Shown: positions 9,223-21,777 of the stretch, one piece after another
Numbering within the stretch: the stretch's first letter is position 1
How the letters are laid out: every line of letters starts with the position of its first letter
Origin: Bdellovibrionota bacterium
Lineage (GTDB): Bacteria; Bdellovibrionota_G; JALEGL01; DATDPG01
Assembly: GCA_963668355.1 (NCBI GenBank)
Contig: OY764265.1
Span: forward strand, 1,120,001 to 1,184,000
Direction of reading: 5' to 3'
Length of the DNA: 64,000 nt
Translations under genes and position numbers: made by a program
The notes under the pieces: model-generated
Database searches by the model: none
What the model saw: only the letters and a program-made list of their open reading frames with translations
What the model was told of the DNA's origin: nothing

Positions 9223-10116
9223 TTATAAAATTACCAACACGCTTCCCGAAAGCGCGAGAAGAATGGCCACCATTTTTCGAGGCGTGATCTTTTCCCGGAG
9301 AAACAACATGGCAAATAGAGTCAGAAAGATCACGCTCGTTTGGTTGAGAAGTCCGACGACGCTGGCGTCGGCGAATTTGAACCCCGCAATCCAAAGCATC
9401 AAGACCAAGTAAGACGCCAAGAGACTTGCAGGAATCGCCACCTTCCATGCAGATTGGGGTCTAAATCCTTCAAAGAAGGACTTCCGTTCGGGGTGAAAAA
9501 CGGCGTACAGCAATAATCCCAAGACCCCTCCCACCATGCGCATGGTCGTGACCCAAACCAGGGGATGTCGTTCAATCAAGGGTTTTACCAAGACAATGGC
9601 CGAGGACACCGTGAGCATGGCCAACACGCCCAAAACCAATCCCTTGATCCGATCTTTTTGAGGAATCTCGGAAACTTTTTGATGCCCCAAACTGGGTAGG
9701 AGGACACTGGCGATGATTAAAATGGCCCCAAAAAGATCTCCCCAACTCAATCGCTCCGCCAGAAAAAAGAACGCGATCAGAATCACGAAGGGACTATATA
9801 GACATTCAATGAGGGCGATGTTGCTGGCACCCAAGCGATTTAAGGAAGCGAAAAACAGGGTGTCAGAGAGAGAAATCCCAATCACGCCGCTTAAAATGAG
9901 CCAAAGATAATCCTCCCAGGGCGCATCATAAATCAGAACCTCATTTAAAAAGGGAAAGGTGAGAAGGAGGCACGTCAACCCCAATGTATTCTTGAATAGA
10001 TTGAGCCCGAGAGGGCGAATCTTGAGCCCGCTCAGTTTAAACAAAATGACAGCCAGGGCCCAAAGCACAGCCGTACCCAAGGCACATATTTCTCCGATAT
10101 GAGGAATCAAGCTCAC
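9223..10116 (-). CDS. DMT/EamA family transporter
   Basis: About 10 TM helices in two EamA-like repeats (FFLAERLS, FLREKIT). Confidence 0.9.
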   Translation of the reverse strand: MSLIPHIGEICALGTAVLWALAVILFKLSGLKIRPLGLNLFKNTLGLTCLLLTFPFLNEVLIYDAPWEDYLWLILSGVIGISLSDTLFFASLNRLGASNIALIECLYSPFVILIAFFFLAERLSWGDLFGAILIIASVLLPSLGHQKVSEIPQKDRIKGLVLGVLAMLTVSSAIVLVKPLIERHPLVWVTTMRMVGGVLGLLLYAVFHPERKSFFEGFRPQSAWKVAIPASLLASYLVLMLWIAGFKFADASVVGLLNQTSVIFLTLFAMLFLREKITPRKMVAILLALSGSVLVIL

Positions 10117-10283
10117 GAAAAATTCCCCTGAGAAGGAACCCCGGAACGTAAACCAGAGTTTACATGCGCCTTCATTTCGCCCAGAGTCTCGGGGGAAAAC
10201 GCATGAAAGTGTTTGTTTTTAAAGTGTTTTTTTCTCATCCGCCCGCCGTGTTAATCGGTACGCATATTGCTAGTTTCTCTCCT

Positions 10284-10958
10284 GTGGCTATCTCCGTCGA
10301 ACATCCCGACCTTCCTTTTGGACATATTGCGCGAGCCCCACGGGTGAGCTTAGACGAGGCCGTCATGTTCAAACCGGATCGCCGGCAAAACCTCAAAGGC
10401 TTGGTCCGTGACATTAGCGCTTCGGGAGCGTATCTCGTCACCCCCGAAGAACTCCTCCCCGGCACGGAGATGATTCTTTACTTGCAGTTGCCCATACAGG
10501 GGAAGAAAAATCTTTGCATTGTTTCGGCTTCCATTGCCCGAACGGAGCGTCATGTTTCCGGACCCTTTCGAGGCTATGGGGTGGCTTTTGATGAAAAGCT
10601 TCCTCTCACCAGCCAAGAAGTTCTCCGCAACTTCATCACATTCAAAGAGACGGGGCTGATTTCAAAATCTTTCCCCTCGAAGGATCGCGCTGCGGCATCT
10701 CCCCAGAAAATTCAATTTTCCAGTCAGACCTTTCGAACCCCGGTGGAGTCCACCTTTAGCGAAATCGCTCGTCAAGACCGTTCTCTGGCCAGGCTGGAAA
10801 CTCATCGAAAACGGAAACAGAGAAATCGGGTCATTTTGTGGACCAGCATTGCGCTCTCCTTGCTCTTGGCCCTCTTTTCGTTTTTGCGATTTAACGAAAA
10901 CCGGTCGCTAGCCCAAGCCCCATCCCTCCAAAACGTCGAACAAGCTCAATTTTTCTGA
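10284..10958 (+). CDS. PilZ-domain protein with C-terminal membrane anchor (start uncertain; frame open from 10164)
   Basis: RAPRV...DISASGAYL...YGVAF PilZ pattern; basic stretch followed by TM helix VILWTSIALSLLLALFSFL. Confidence 0.75.
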   Translation: MAISVEHPDLPFGHIARAPRVSLDEAVMFKPDRRQNLKGLVRDISASGAYLVTPEELLPGTEMILYLQLPIQGKKNLCIVSASIARTERHVSGPFRGYGVAFDEKLPLTSQEVLRNFITFKETGLISKSFPSKDRAAASPQKIQFSSQTFRTPVESTFSEIARQDRSLARLETHRKRKQRNRVILWTSIALSLLLALFSFLRFNENRSLAQAPSLQNVEQAQFF

Positions 10959-11030
10959 TTTTCGACGCTGCCCGATTCCTAAAACGGGAAACTTTAAGAT
11001 TGCCAGGATTATGATAGTTTTCCGCTATCC

Positions 11031-11570
11031 ATGGCCACAAAAGAAACATCCACCATGACCGAAGAGGAAATTGCTTTTTCGGAAATCATTGGTGATTTGA
11101 TTGAACAATGGGGATTCAAGCGCCATTTGGGAAGAGTTTGGGCTTTGCTGTATTTACGACCGGAGCCTTTGAATCCGAAGCAGATTCAACTCGAACTTTC
11201 TTTGAGTGCGGGAAGTGTAAACGCCCTTCTTTCTGAGCTTCAAACCTGGGGAGTCGCCAAGCGCGTACGAATCGCGGGAGATCGCCATTTTTATTTTGAG
11301 GCTGAAACCCATATTTGGAAATCCATCACGACGGTTCTTCAAATGAGAGAGTTTCGCATTTTGGATGAGGCCATGGCTGGATTGAAAGCCTTGGACCGCA
11401 CCTTAAAAAGAAGTCCTCAAAAAGACATGGCCAAATTTCAGCTCAAACGCATCGAACACGTTTCTTCCACAATTCAAACGGTTTATTCGCTATCTTCCAT
11501 TCTGCTTCAGGCTTCTCCGGACCGTCTTGAAAAAATTTCGCGTTTAATCAGCCGACTACGCATGATGTAA
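11031..11570 (+). CDS. GbsR/MarR-family transcriptional regulator
   Basis: [38 protein letters not shown] and [10 protein letters not shown]. Confidence 0.85.
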   Translation: MATKETSTMTEEEIAFSEIIGDLIEQWGFKRHLGRVWALLYLRPEPLNPKQIQLELSLSAGSVNALLSELQTWGVAKRVRIAGDRHFYFEAETHIWKSITTVLQMREFRILDEAMAGLKALDRTLKRSPQKDMAKFQLKRIEHVSSTIQTVYSLSSILLQASPDRLEKISRLISRLRMM

Positions 11571-11984
11571 ATCGCAACGCGGCAATTCCCCCGTGTCTTT
11601 GAAGCGATAATAGTCGTCGAGAATTTGTTTGTGATCAAAGCATAAAATTTTGGGAATTTCCTCCCTGGAAAAAAACTTCGCTCCCTGTGCATCATCGGCC
11701 GCACACAACGTACCTTTTCCTTCCGCAACAAATGCCGTAGCCGTCGTGTGTCTTCTCGCATCCCGGCGGGGATCTGAGTAGGTCTTGAGCTGATATTTTA
11801 GCGTCACATCCAAAGAGGTCTCTTCTTTGGCTTCGCGTATCGCCGCTGCCTCTAAACTTTCCCCATAATCAACAAACCCTCCTGGCAAGGCCAATCCCAG
11901 AGGTTCGTATTTCCGTTGAATGAGAACAATTTTTTCGTTCATTTCAATGATGATATCGACGGTCGGATAAGGATGCTGTGCCAT
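11556..11984 (-). CDS. Nudix hydrolase
   Basis: Nudix box [24 protein letters not shown], plus YSDPRRD. Confidence 0.93.
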   Translation of the reverse strand: MAQHPYPTVDIIIEMNEKIVLIQRKYEPLGLALPGGFVDYGESLEAAAIREAKEETSLDVTLKYQLKTYSDPRRDARRHTTATAFVAEGKGTLCAADDAQGAKFFSREEIPKILCFDHKQILDDYYRFKDTGELPRCDLHHA

Positions 11985-12063
11985 AGCTTCGAAATTCTAC
12001 ACGAGATCCCCCGAGAATAAAAAGCCACTCCGATGATTCAAGTAGGCGTTTCATTCTGCATGG

Positions 12064-12202
12064 AAAAAAGAAGGAGGTCTCTCCACCAAGTTCTGGACAA
12101 AACCAATACCTCGGGGGAGGGAACCTCCCCCCCGGACCTTCGGTCCGGCTCCCCCCCACATGGTTTTGCTCAGAACTTGGCGCTTCGACCTCCTTCTTTT
12201 TT
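12064..12202. repeat. Nested inverted-repeat (branched hairpin) element
   Basis: 16-bp perfect outer arms AAAAAAGAAGGAGGTC/GACCTCCTTCTTTTTT, inner 10-bp and 8-bp stems and two apical hairpins. Confidence 0.8.
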
Positions 12203-12229
12203 TACTCTTTGTGAGGCCGGCTTCCATCA

Positions 12230-12359
12230 TTTGGAAAGGATTTTGTCTCGAGGTTTCGTTGCGACTGTGAAGGTGACCGATTCGTCTGGGGAACGTGAGG
12301 AAGGGGAAACGGAGCCGGAACCCGGAGCAACGAAACCTCGAGACAAAATTCTTTCCAAA
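12230..12359. repeat. Long inverted-repeat element
   Basis: 33-bp arms 12230-12262 and 12327-12359 (32/33 complementary; the exception is G-T). Confidence 0.85.
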
Positions 12360-12444
12360 CGTTTGTTCAAAGCTCTTTTTTTTGTTTATTCCTTCAATTG
12401 AAAAAGTCAGGACCTGTGTCGATATGTCGGTATAATCCCTTTTC

Positions 12445-14136
12445 TTGAATAAGTTTTTTTACATCTGTTTTTCGTTTCTTTTCCTGGTGGTGGGTTGCGC
12501 CGTAAAGCAACCGGTACTCGTGTACGAATCTCCATCTTTGGGTGACGGAGGCCGATTGTTAAGAGATTTGTATCGAAGTTTTTGGCTCCCTCCTGGAAGC
12601 GATGATGAAATTGTCCGAATCGGTTTGCAACCTGAAGTGGCCAAAGTCACATTTCGTACACGGCATGCCATGCGCATTCGCGCCATGTCCGAACACGCTT
12701 CCTGGGAAGTGGCCTCTCCACCCGATGTCGTCTGGGAAGTGCGCCCGCTCGCGGTAACTCGACCTGCGCACGTACGCTATTATGCGACCCTGGAATCTCG
12801 GCTCAAAAGCACGACAGATCGGCTCCCCAAGGAACTTCCTCGGCTTTGGAAGAGGCGCGGCTTTCCTTCCAGTCGTTGGATCGGTCCGCCATCCATGGAC
12901 ACCGAGATCAAACCCCATTTATTTGAACGCTGGTTTCTCTCCATCACGGCACCCACGTCAGAAGTCATCGCCAAAAATGCCTGTGCCAAGGTGCGTCGCG
13001 CCTGGAAGATTTCTTGCAAAGTCATTGCGCGAGCTGAGCTGCCTCAAGTGGGTCGGGGGTTACTCCAGGCCGTCAATGGAAATTTTTCCAAAGAGTTTGA
13101 CGGTCTTTTAGAACTCATTTCTCCGCGGGGGCCGATTGAAATTTTGGATCTGATTCCAGAAGAAATTCGAGATGAGTCTTCCAACGAACTGTTTGGACCT
13201 CGGCTCTTTGTGGTTCCTCTGACCAAAAAAGCGCTTTCCTTGGTTCAGTCCACCAGTTTTGGCAACTATTTAGAGGGCGTCGTTCCTGCCGAAACGTTTC
13301 CCAATGGGCCCGAGCATGCGCTGAAGGCTCAGGCGATCATTGCTCGAACCTATGCGCTTCGAAATGCTCACACAGAGTTTTCGTTTCGCCCGTTTCTTCT
13401 CTGCGCCTCAACACAATGTCAGGTATATCGTGGCGTGGAGTTCAAACAACCTGCCACTTCTCGAGCGGTTCAGCAAACGGCGAACCTGGTTTTGAGAGAT
13501 CAACAGGGAGAGTTGGCCGAGACTTTTTATCATTCGATCTGCGGCGGTCATACCGAGGCGCGATCCACCATTTGGGGAGGGAAGAACCGTCATTATCAAA
13601 AAGGAGTTTCTGATCAACTGCCAAACGCTCCGTTCGTTTCCCCCCAAAACACGGCCCAAGTCTCTCGCTACCTGACATCTCCTCCAACTTCTTACTGTGG
13701 GATCTCTCGTTTGACGAACCCCGAGCGGTGGCGATGGGAAAAATCTCTGGACCGAAGTGATCTGAAACGCATTCTTTCCAAAACTGGGCTTCGAGGTCCT
13801 CTTCAATCCCTTCGCGTGACGAAACGGGGCATTTCGGGAAGGGCGCTTGCCTTGGAGGTTCGTGCAGAAAATCGCCAAAAGATCATACGGGGAGAATATC
13901 GAATTCGGCTTTTGTTGGGCGGCCTCCTTTCAAGCCTTTTCACGCTCCAGCCGGAATTCGAGGGTGGCGAGCTGGTTCACCTCCTAATTCGTGGCGGAGG
14001 TTATGGGCATGGCGTCGGCCTTTGTCAAATGGGTGCCATTGGACGCGCGGAGATGGGTCAAAGTTTTAGCGAAATATTAGAGGCTTATTATCCAGGTACC
14101 GTGATTTCGCCTATCACTCAACTCAAGGTACACTAG
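12445..14136 (+). CDS. SpoIID/LytB-domain lipoprotein (lytic transglycosylase-like)
   Basis: Lipobox LVVGC; YLEGVVPAE, ALKAQAIIARTYA, CQVYRG and GYGHGVGLCQMGA...YYPG. Confidence 0.9.
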   Translation: MNKFFYICFSFLFLVVGCAVKQPVLVYESPSLGDGGRLLRDLYRSFWLPPGSDDEIVRIGLQPEVAKVTFRTRHAMRIRAMSEHASWEVASPPDVVWEVRPLAVTRPAHVRYYATLESRLKSTTDRLPKELPRLWKRRGFPSSRWIGPPSMDTEIKPHLFERWFLSITAPTSEVIAKNACAKVRRAWKISCKVIARAELPQVGRGLLQAVNGNFSKEFDGLLELISPRGPIEILDLIPEEIRDESSNELFGPRLFVVPLTKKALSLVQSTSFGNYLEGVVPAETFPNGPEHALKAQAIIARTYALRNAHTEFSFRPFLLCASTQCQVYRGVEFKQPATSRAVQQTANLVLRDQQGELAETFYHSICGGHTEARSTIWGGKNRHYQKGVSDQLPNAPFVSPQNTAQVSRYLTSPPTSYCGISRLTNPERWRWEKSLDRSDLKRILSKTGLRGPLQSLRVTKRGISGRALALEVRAENRQKIIRGEYRIRLLLGGLLSSLFTLQPEFEGGELVHLLIRGGGYGHGVGLCQMGAIGRAEMGQSFSEILEAYYPGTVISPITQLKVH

Positions 14137-14140
14137 GCTC

Positions 14141-14731
14141 ATGGCCCTCACGCAGTTTCAAAAAACCGAGGAAATCTCCGCTGACTTGGAGCGCCTGAGC
14201 AAAGATCTTGAAAAACTTCGCCTCTCCTATGATCAATACTTTCTTGGGCTTGAAAAGCGAGAACCCACGAAACTTCGCGAGTCCGTATTGAACCAAATCC
14301 GTCGATACGCGGGCTTGGCCATTCAAAATTCCCGTCTAAAGTTTCGATATCAACAAACGGTTGCTCGCTACAATAGCTTTTCCAACTATTGGGATCGAAT
14401 CTTGAGAGAGATTGAAGAGGGGCGTTACAAGCGGGATGTGTTCCGAGCAAACATCCATGAAAAAGAACGCTCACAACCCCAGTTCAAAGAAAAGAAGAAA
14501 AAGCGTGTGTCTCAGGGACAGGACGCAATTTCGCAACTCTTTGATAAGTATGTTGCCTCCAAAAAGCAAACCCAAGAATCAACCCAGGGACTGTCCGTGG
14601 AAAAATTTCGTCAATCCCTCCGAACCCAAGTGGAAACGATTAAAAAGAAAACCGGTGCTGAAAAAGTGCGTTTTCAGATCAAAGTTGAAGATGGAAAAAC
14701 GAAACTAAAGGCCATTCCTCAAAAGAAGTAA
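14141..14731 (+). CDS. Conserved hypothetical protein resembling the MXAN_5187 C-terminal domain family
   Basis: YDQYFLGLEKREP...RYNSFSNYWDRILREIEEG and the C-terminal KVEDGKTKLKA; family recognised from memory. Confidence 0.7.
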   Translation: MALTQFQKTEEISADLERLSKDLEKLRLSYDQYFLGLEKREPTKLRESVLNQIRRYAGLAIQNSRLKFRYQQTVARYNSFSNYWDRILREIEEGRYKRDVFRANIHEKERSQPQFKEKKKKRVSQGQDAISQLFDKYVASKKQTQESTQGLSVEKFRQSLRTQVETIKKKTGAEKVRFQIKVEDGKTKLKAIPQKK

Positions 14732-14742
14732 TTTCCGCTTTC

Positions 14743-15897
14743 ATGAAAGATTTCTTTCAAGCTTTTTTCACACTCTTCGCGAAAACCACAACAAAGCTAA
14801 GTTTATTTCAATTCATCAAACGAAAAATGGTTCGTCTTTATGAATTGTACGGAGCTTACCTCCCAGCAACATTTTTCATCGGCGGTTTCGGTTTTGATGT
14901 GGCCACGCTGGGGCGCATTGATCACTGGGTCACCCTTTTTCAACAAGCACTTTTCCTTCTTCTCATCGGGGGATTGTTGGCTTTGGAAACAGCCTCCTCC
15001 TTCCAACCGGAAGACCGACCCTCTTGGGTGGTCAAAAGCGCTCCTTATCGAAGTGCTCTTTTGCATTTTCTTTTCGGAGGCTTGCTCAGTGCCTACACCA
15101 TTTTTTATTTCAAAAGCACCTCGACGTTGCCTTCCTTTTTTTTCATGGTTTTGCTCGTACTGCTTCTGGTTTTGAACGAACATTCTTTGCTTCAAAAAAG
15201 AGGCCTGGTCGTGAAATACGTTCTCTTTAGTTTGTGTCTCTTGTCTTATTTCACTTACCTTGTCCCCATTCTATGGGGAGGCATTGGAGGTTTGCCTTTT
15301 GTTGTCGCCCTTTTTACGAGCTTGCTTTTCATTCTACTCTTTTTGTGGTGCGCTGTTCCACAAAGGGACTGCGCGCCGTTGGCGCTTCGCCGATATTTTC
15401 TTTTTCCCTTGGGCGTTCATCTCATCTTTTGTGCGTTTTACTTTTTAACTTGGCTTCCTCCCGTTCCGTTGTCTCTTCAATTTGCCGGGGTTTATCAAGA
15501 AGTCTCGCGGAAAGGAGATGTCTTCGAACTGAAATATGATCGCCCTTGGTGGCGTTTTTGGGAAAGAGGAGCCCAAACGTTTCTTGCCCGCGATGGCGAC
15601 CGGGTACATTGTTTCGCTCGAATTTTTTCCCCGACCGGTATGAAGGACCGCATCACCGCCCATTGGATGCACAAAGTCCCCCAACACGGCTGGCAAACCA
15701 CAGACCGAATTCCCATTGAAGTATCTGGTGGACGTCAAGAAGGCTTTCGAGGCCTTACCTACAAAAACAATTACGAACCTGGGTATTGGCGCGTTCTGTT
15801 TGAAACCTCAGACGGAAGGGAGCTCGGTCGGATTTACTTCACCATTGAAAACGACGACGAGAAAACGGAGCGAACGTTTAACGTCGATCAAGCTTAA
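14743..15897 (+). CDS. DUF2914-domain membrane protein
   Basis: Multi-TM N-terminus (GFGFDVATLGRID, PPVPLSL); C-terminal GGRQEGFRG...PGYWRV...DGRELGR. Confidence 0.8.
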   Translation: MKDFFQAFFTLFAKTTTKLSLFQFIKRKMVRLYELYGAYLPATFFIGGFGFDVATLGRIDHWVTLFQQALFLLLIGGLLALETASSFQPEDRPSWVVKSAPYRSALLHFLFGGLLSAYTIFYFKSTSTLPSFFFMVLLVLLLVLNEHSLLQKRGLVVKYVLFSLCLLSYFTYLVPILWGGIGGLPFVVALFTSLLFILLFLWCAVPQRDCAPLALRRYFLFPLGVHLIFCAFYFLTWLPPVPLSLQFAGVYQEVSRKGDVFELKYDRPWWRFWERGAQTFLARDGDRVHCFARIFSPTGMKDRITAHWMHKVPQHGWQTTDRIPIEVSGGRQEGFRGLTYKNNYEPGYWRVLFETSDGRELGRIYFTIENDDEKTERTFNVDQA

Positions 15898-16289
15898 AGC
15901 GCCGCGTTTTTCAAACACGCTTGAAGCCAGGAGCGTTCACGATAGAGCGCATCTCGTTCTTCCAGTTTTAAAGAAGTTTTTTTCAAGGCCTCTTCAATCT
16001 CGGTTTGACGGCGTTGGACTTGCTCGGTTTCAATGTCTTTGGGCTCCAGAGCCTCATCGACCAAGATCGAGACTTGATCATCGATGACTTGGACAAACCC
16101 GCCGCGCACCAAGACCTTTTTTTCCGAGGATCCACGCGTATGAACCACACCTTGTCCCATCAAGCCCACATAAGGCGCATGCCCCGGAAACACACCCAAA
16201 GCCCCGTCCTCTCCAGGGAGGTTCACGGAATCACAGGTCATTTGAAAAACCTGTTTTGAGGGCGTAACCAAGCTAACGTTTAGAGGCAT
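15894..16289 (-). CDS. atpC: ATP synthase F1 epsilon subunit
   Basis: LVTP...LPGEDGALGVFPGHAP...GGFVQV; last gene of the F1 operon. Confidence 0.92.
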   Translation of the reverse strand: MPLNVSLVTPSKQVFQMTCDSVNLPGEDGALGVFPGHAPYVGLMGQGVVHTRGSSEKKVLVRGGFVQVIDDQVSILVDEALEPKDIETEQVQRRQTEIEEALKKTSLKLEERDALYRERSWLQACLKNAAL

Positions 16290-18597
<2,308 letters not shown>

Positions 18598-20118
18598 CTA
18601 TTTTGTCTTCGGAGAAAAGCCGGCTTTAAACTCTCCCAAAATCTTATCGAGTGTTTCTTTGATTTCATCCGTCAGCGTTTTTTCCTCGCGGATTCTCCTA
18701 AGAATTTCTGGATGCTGGCTATCAACAAATTGAATCAATTCTTTTTCGAATTGTCCCAGGGCCCACACTTCTTGATCATCCACATGACCGTTGACCGCGG
18801 TATAAATGATCAATACCTGGTGCTCCACCGAACAAGGAACGTATTGTCCTTGTTTGAGCATTTCGACCATTCGTTCCCCTCGAGCCAATTGTCTTTGGGT
18901 AGAGGCATCCAAGTCGGAGGCAAACTGCGAAAAAGCGGCCAACTCCCGGTACTGCGCCAACTCCAAGCGCAACCGACCGGCAATTTGTTTCATCGCTTTG
19001 ATTTGAGCATTTCCACCCACGCGAGAAACCGAGATCCCAACATTGATGGCGGGTCGCACACCCGCATAAAAAAGATCCGCTTCTAAATAAATCTGTCCGT
19101 CGGTGATCGAAATGACGTTGGTTGGAATGTATGCCGAAACATCCCCTGCCTGGGTCTCAATAATCGGCAATGCGGTCAGGGATCCACCTCCGCGAGCCTC
19201 GCTCATCTTGGCAGCCCGTTCCAGAAGTCTGGAGTGGAGGTAGAAAACATCTCCAGGAAAGGCTTCCCGTCCTGGGGGTCGACGAAGCAAAAGAGATAAC
19301 TGTCGATAGGCAACCGCGTGCTTTGAAAGGTCATCGTAAATGATCAGCGCATGTTCCCCGTGATCACGAAATTGCTCGCCAATGGTGACCCCGGCATACG
19401 GAGCCAAAAACTGCATCGGCGCGGACTCAGATGCGGTCGCAGCCACAACCGTCGTGTATTCCATGGCTCCAAAACGATCCAGCCTGTCCACGACCTGAGC
19501 GACGGTGGATTGCTTCTGACCAATGGCTACGTAAATGCATTTCACGCCCGTGTCTTTTTGGTTGATGATCGTGTCAATGGCCAGGGCGGTTTTTCCGGTT
19601 TGACGGTCACCAATGATGAGTTCTCGTTGACCCCGACCAATGGGAACCATGGAGTCAATGGCTTTTAATCCTGTTTGAAGAGGTTCTTTGACAGGTTGTC
19701 GATCTACGATTCCAGGAGCCTTCACTTCCACGCGCCTGCGAAGATCGGTTTTAATGTCTCCCCGGCCATCAATGGGATGGCCCAGAGCATTCACCACACG
19801 TCCGAGCAATTCGTCTCCCACAGGAACCTCGGCAATGCGGCCTGTTCGTTTCACCATATCGCCTTCCCGAATGAGAACATCGTCACCCAAAAGAGCGGCA
19901 CCCACATTATTTTCTTCCAAGTTCAAAACGATTCCAAAAACATCTTGGGGAAAGCTCAGCAATTCTCCCGCCATCGCATTGTCCAAACCGTAAATGCGTG
20001 CGATGCCATCCCCAACCGACAAAACGGTACCGGTCTCGGACATTTCCATCCGCTTTTCATAGCCCTTGACTTGGGTTCGAATCATTTGCGTAATTTCTTC
20101 AGCTCTAATTCCCATCAC
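18598..20118 (-). CDS. atpA: ATP synthase F1 alpha subunit
   Basis: GDRQTGKT and [21 protein letters not shown]; start at 20118 or 20115. Confidence 0.99.
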   Translation of the reverse strand: MMGIRAEEITQMIRTQVKGYEKRMEMSETGTVLSVGDGIARIYGLDNAMAGELLSFPQDVFGIVLNLEENNVGAALLGDDVLIREGDMVKRTGRIAEVPVGDELLGRVVNALGHPIDGRGDIKTDLRRRVEVKAPGIVDRQPVKEPLQTGLKAIDSMVPIGRGQRELIIGDRQTGKTALAIDTIINQKDTGVKCIYVAIGQKQSTVAQVVDRLDRFGAMEYTTVVAATASESAPMQFLAPYAGVTIGEQFRDHGEHALIIYDDLSKHAVAYRQLSLLLRRPPGREAFPGDVFYLHSRLLERAAKMSEARGGGSLTALPIIETQAGDVSAYIPTNVISITDGQIYLEADLFYAGVRPAINVGISVSRVGGNAQIKAMKQIAGRLRLELAQYRELAAFSQFASDLDASTQRQLARGERMVEMLKQGQYVPCSVEHQVLIIYTAVNGHVDDQEVWALGQFEKELIQFVDSQHPEILRRIREEKTLTDEIKETLDKILGEFKAGFSPKTK

Positions 20119-20657
20119 AACTCCTGCTGTAAACGGTTTAAAAATCCCTGAATGGAGGCGTCATAAACAACACTTCCGACATGCGCGACAACCCCGCCGA
20201 TGAGTTCCCGATCTTCTTCCACCTCTAATAAAACTTTTTTCCCGGTCGCTTTTTCAAGAGCCACACTAAGTTGGTTAATCTCTTTTTCCGAAAGCGGGTA
20301 AGCGCTTCGAACTTTCCCTTGAATCTGGTTTCTTCGTTCGAAAAGTTCTTCTTCGAAAGCCTTCGCGATCTCTTCCGTGAATTTCATGTGCCCCAAGGAA
20401 ACCACCAGCTCAAAAAATCGCTCGAGCTCTTTTCCGGCTCCCACCTTCTTAAGCATCTCTCTTAAAACCGTTTGTTTTTCTTCAAGGGTGAAGGTCGGGT
20501 TTTCAAAAAATTCTTTGGCCTCCCCCTGAATCATCGCCCCTAAACGTTCAAGGCGTTTTAAGTTTTCTTCGAGTTTGGGGTCTTCAACATTCTCCCCCAA
20601 GACATCCAACAAGCCTTTTGCATATCGCACCGTATAGTTCTCGGTAGCCTTACCCAT
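20115..20657 (-). CDS. atpH: ATP synthase F1 delta subunit
   Basis: RYAKGL...[18 protein letters not shown]; operon position. Confidence 0.93.
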   Translation of the reverse strand: MGKATENYTVRYAKGLLDVLGENVEDPKLEENLKRLERLGAMIQGEAKEFFENPTFTLEEKQTVLREMLKKVGAGKELERFFELVVSLGHMKFTEEIAKAFEEELFERRNQIQGKVRSAYPLSEKEINQLSVALEKATGKKVLLEVEEDRELIGGVVAHVGSVVYDASIQGFLNRLQQEL

Positions 20658-21198
20658 GTTGTGTCTCCAAATGGCGAATCAACTCTTGAACAAAGGCTTG
20701 GTGGTCGGCTTGTGTGGCTTTGTTTTTTAACATCTTTGCCGCTTCGACCGAGGCCCCGGAAAGGGTTTTTTGCTCTAGCTTTCGAATCAAGCGGCCTTTT
20801 TCTTTTTCGGCAGCAATGATCGCGTCCTCGCGAATTTTTTCGGCCAGGCGTTCGGCGCGATCCAGGATTTTTTTGCGCTCTTGTTCGCCCATTTTCCGCG
20901 CCTCGTTTAAAATTTTATCAACTTCCTCGTCCAAGGAGGATAGCTTTTGCTGGTATTTCGTTTTGAGTTCTTCCGCCTCCAACCGAACCGCTTCGGCTTT
21001 GGCCACTTCTTCTTTCACCCCTTCATGCCGAGTCTTCAAATAGACCCCAATCGGCTTGCGCAACGCGAACGCCAACAATCCCATTAACAAAAGAAAATTA
21101 AACACCGGCCAAAACGCCAGTCCGGTTTCTCCCCCAGCCGCTTCGGCGGTTCCCAACCACCCAACAATCGTTAGAGCAAGAAGTGTGTTTTGAATCAT
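20650..21198 (-). CDS. atpF: ATP synthase Fo subunit b
   Basis: Signal-like N-terminus, TM helix (NFLLLMGLL), then a long charged coiled coil. Confidence 0.88.
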   Translation of the reverse strand: MIQNTLLALTIVGWLGTAEAAGGETGLAFWPVFNFLLLMGLLAFALRKPIGVYLKTRHEGVKEEVAKAEAVRLEAEELKTKYQQKLSSLDEEVDKILNEARKMGEQERKKILDRAERLAEKIREDAIIAAEKEKGRLIRKLEQKTLSGASVEAAKMLKNKATQADHQAFVQELIRHLETQHG

Positions 21199-21764
21199 GA
21201 TCCTTTTTTCGCCTCCAACGCAACCAACCGAGGCGTGCCCCCGCCAGAGGGTTTTGAGGTATTTAAAACTTGGGACAGAATTTCTTCCGCGAGTGTGGCT
21301 TGGGCTTCCTTCAATTGTTTTTCAGCAGCCGCTTCTTCCGCTTCCAATTCATCCAAGGACTTCTTCAACGAACGTTTTCCTTCGCCCTTGGCTCTCGCAA
21401 GCATCTCTTTTTCTTCGCTCTCGGCGGCCAGAGCCATCTGTTCTCGCTCTAAGACACTTCGTTGTCGAATTTCTTCCAATTTTTTTCTGTAGTCTTCCGC
21501 AAATTCGTTGGCCTTTTCCCGCGTGGCTTCCGCTCGCTCGGTTTTATGAATGGTCTGCTCTTCTCTCTCCTCTAGGGTTTTCAAATAGGGAATGAATAAT
21601 CCCTTCTGCAAAACCCATAAAAGACCTAAGAATAAAAACCCCTGCCACAAATACCCGGACGGTTCGGGAAGACCCACGGCTCCCCAAAACTCAATGCCTT
21701 TGAGCAAAAAAACCACGGCGGCGAAAAGAATCGCCAACATGAAAATGTATCCTGTGCGCAACAT
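21195..21764 (-). CDS. atpF2: ATP synthase Fo subunit b'
   Basis: TM segment(s), then PYLKTLEEREE and a coiled coil; lies upstream of atpF. Confidence 0.8.
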   Translation of the reverse strand: MLRTGYIFMLAILFAAVVFLLKGIEFWGAVGLPEPSGYLWQGFLFLGLLWVLQKGLFIPYLKTLEEREEQTIHKTERAEATREKANEFAEDYRKKLEEIRQRSVLEREQMALAAESEEKEMLARAKGEGKRSLKKSLDELEAEEAAAEKQLKEAQATLAEEILSQVLNTSKPSGGGTPRLVALEAKKGS

Positions 21765-21777
21765 CTATGCTGAGGCT

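Noticed and set aside
12033..12401. 122-aa ORF
   Set aside because: Lies over palindromic repeats and has no recognisable motifs; treated as spurious.
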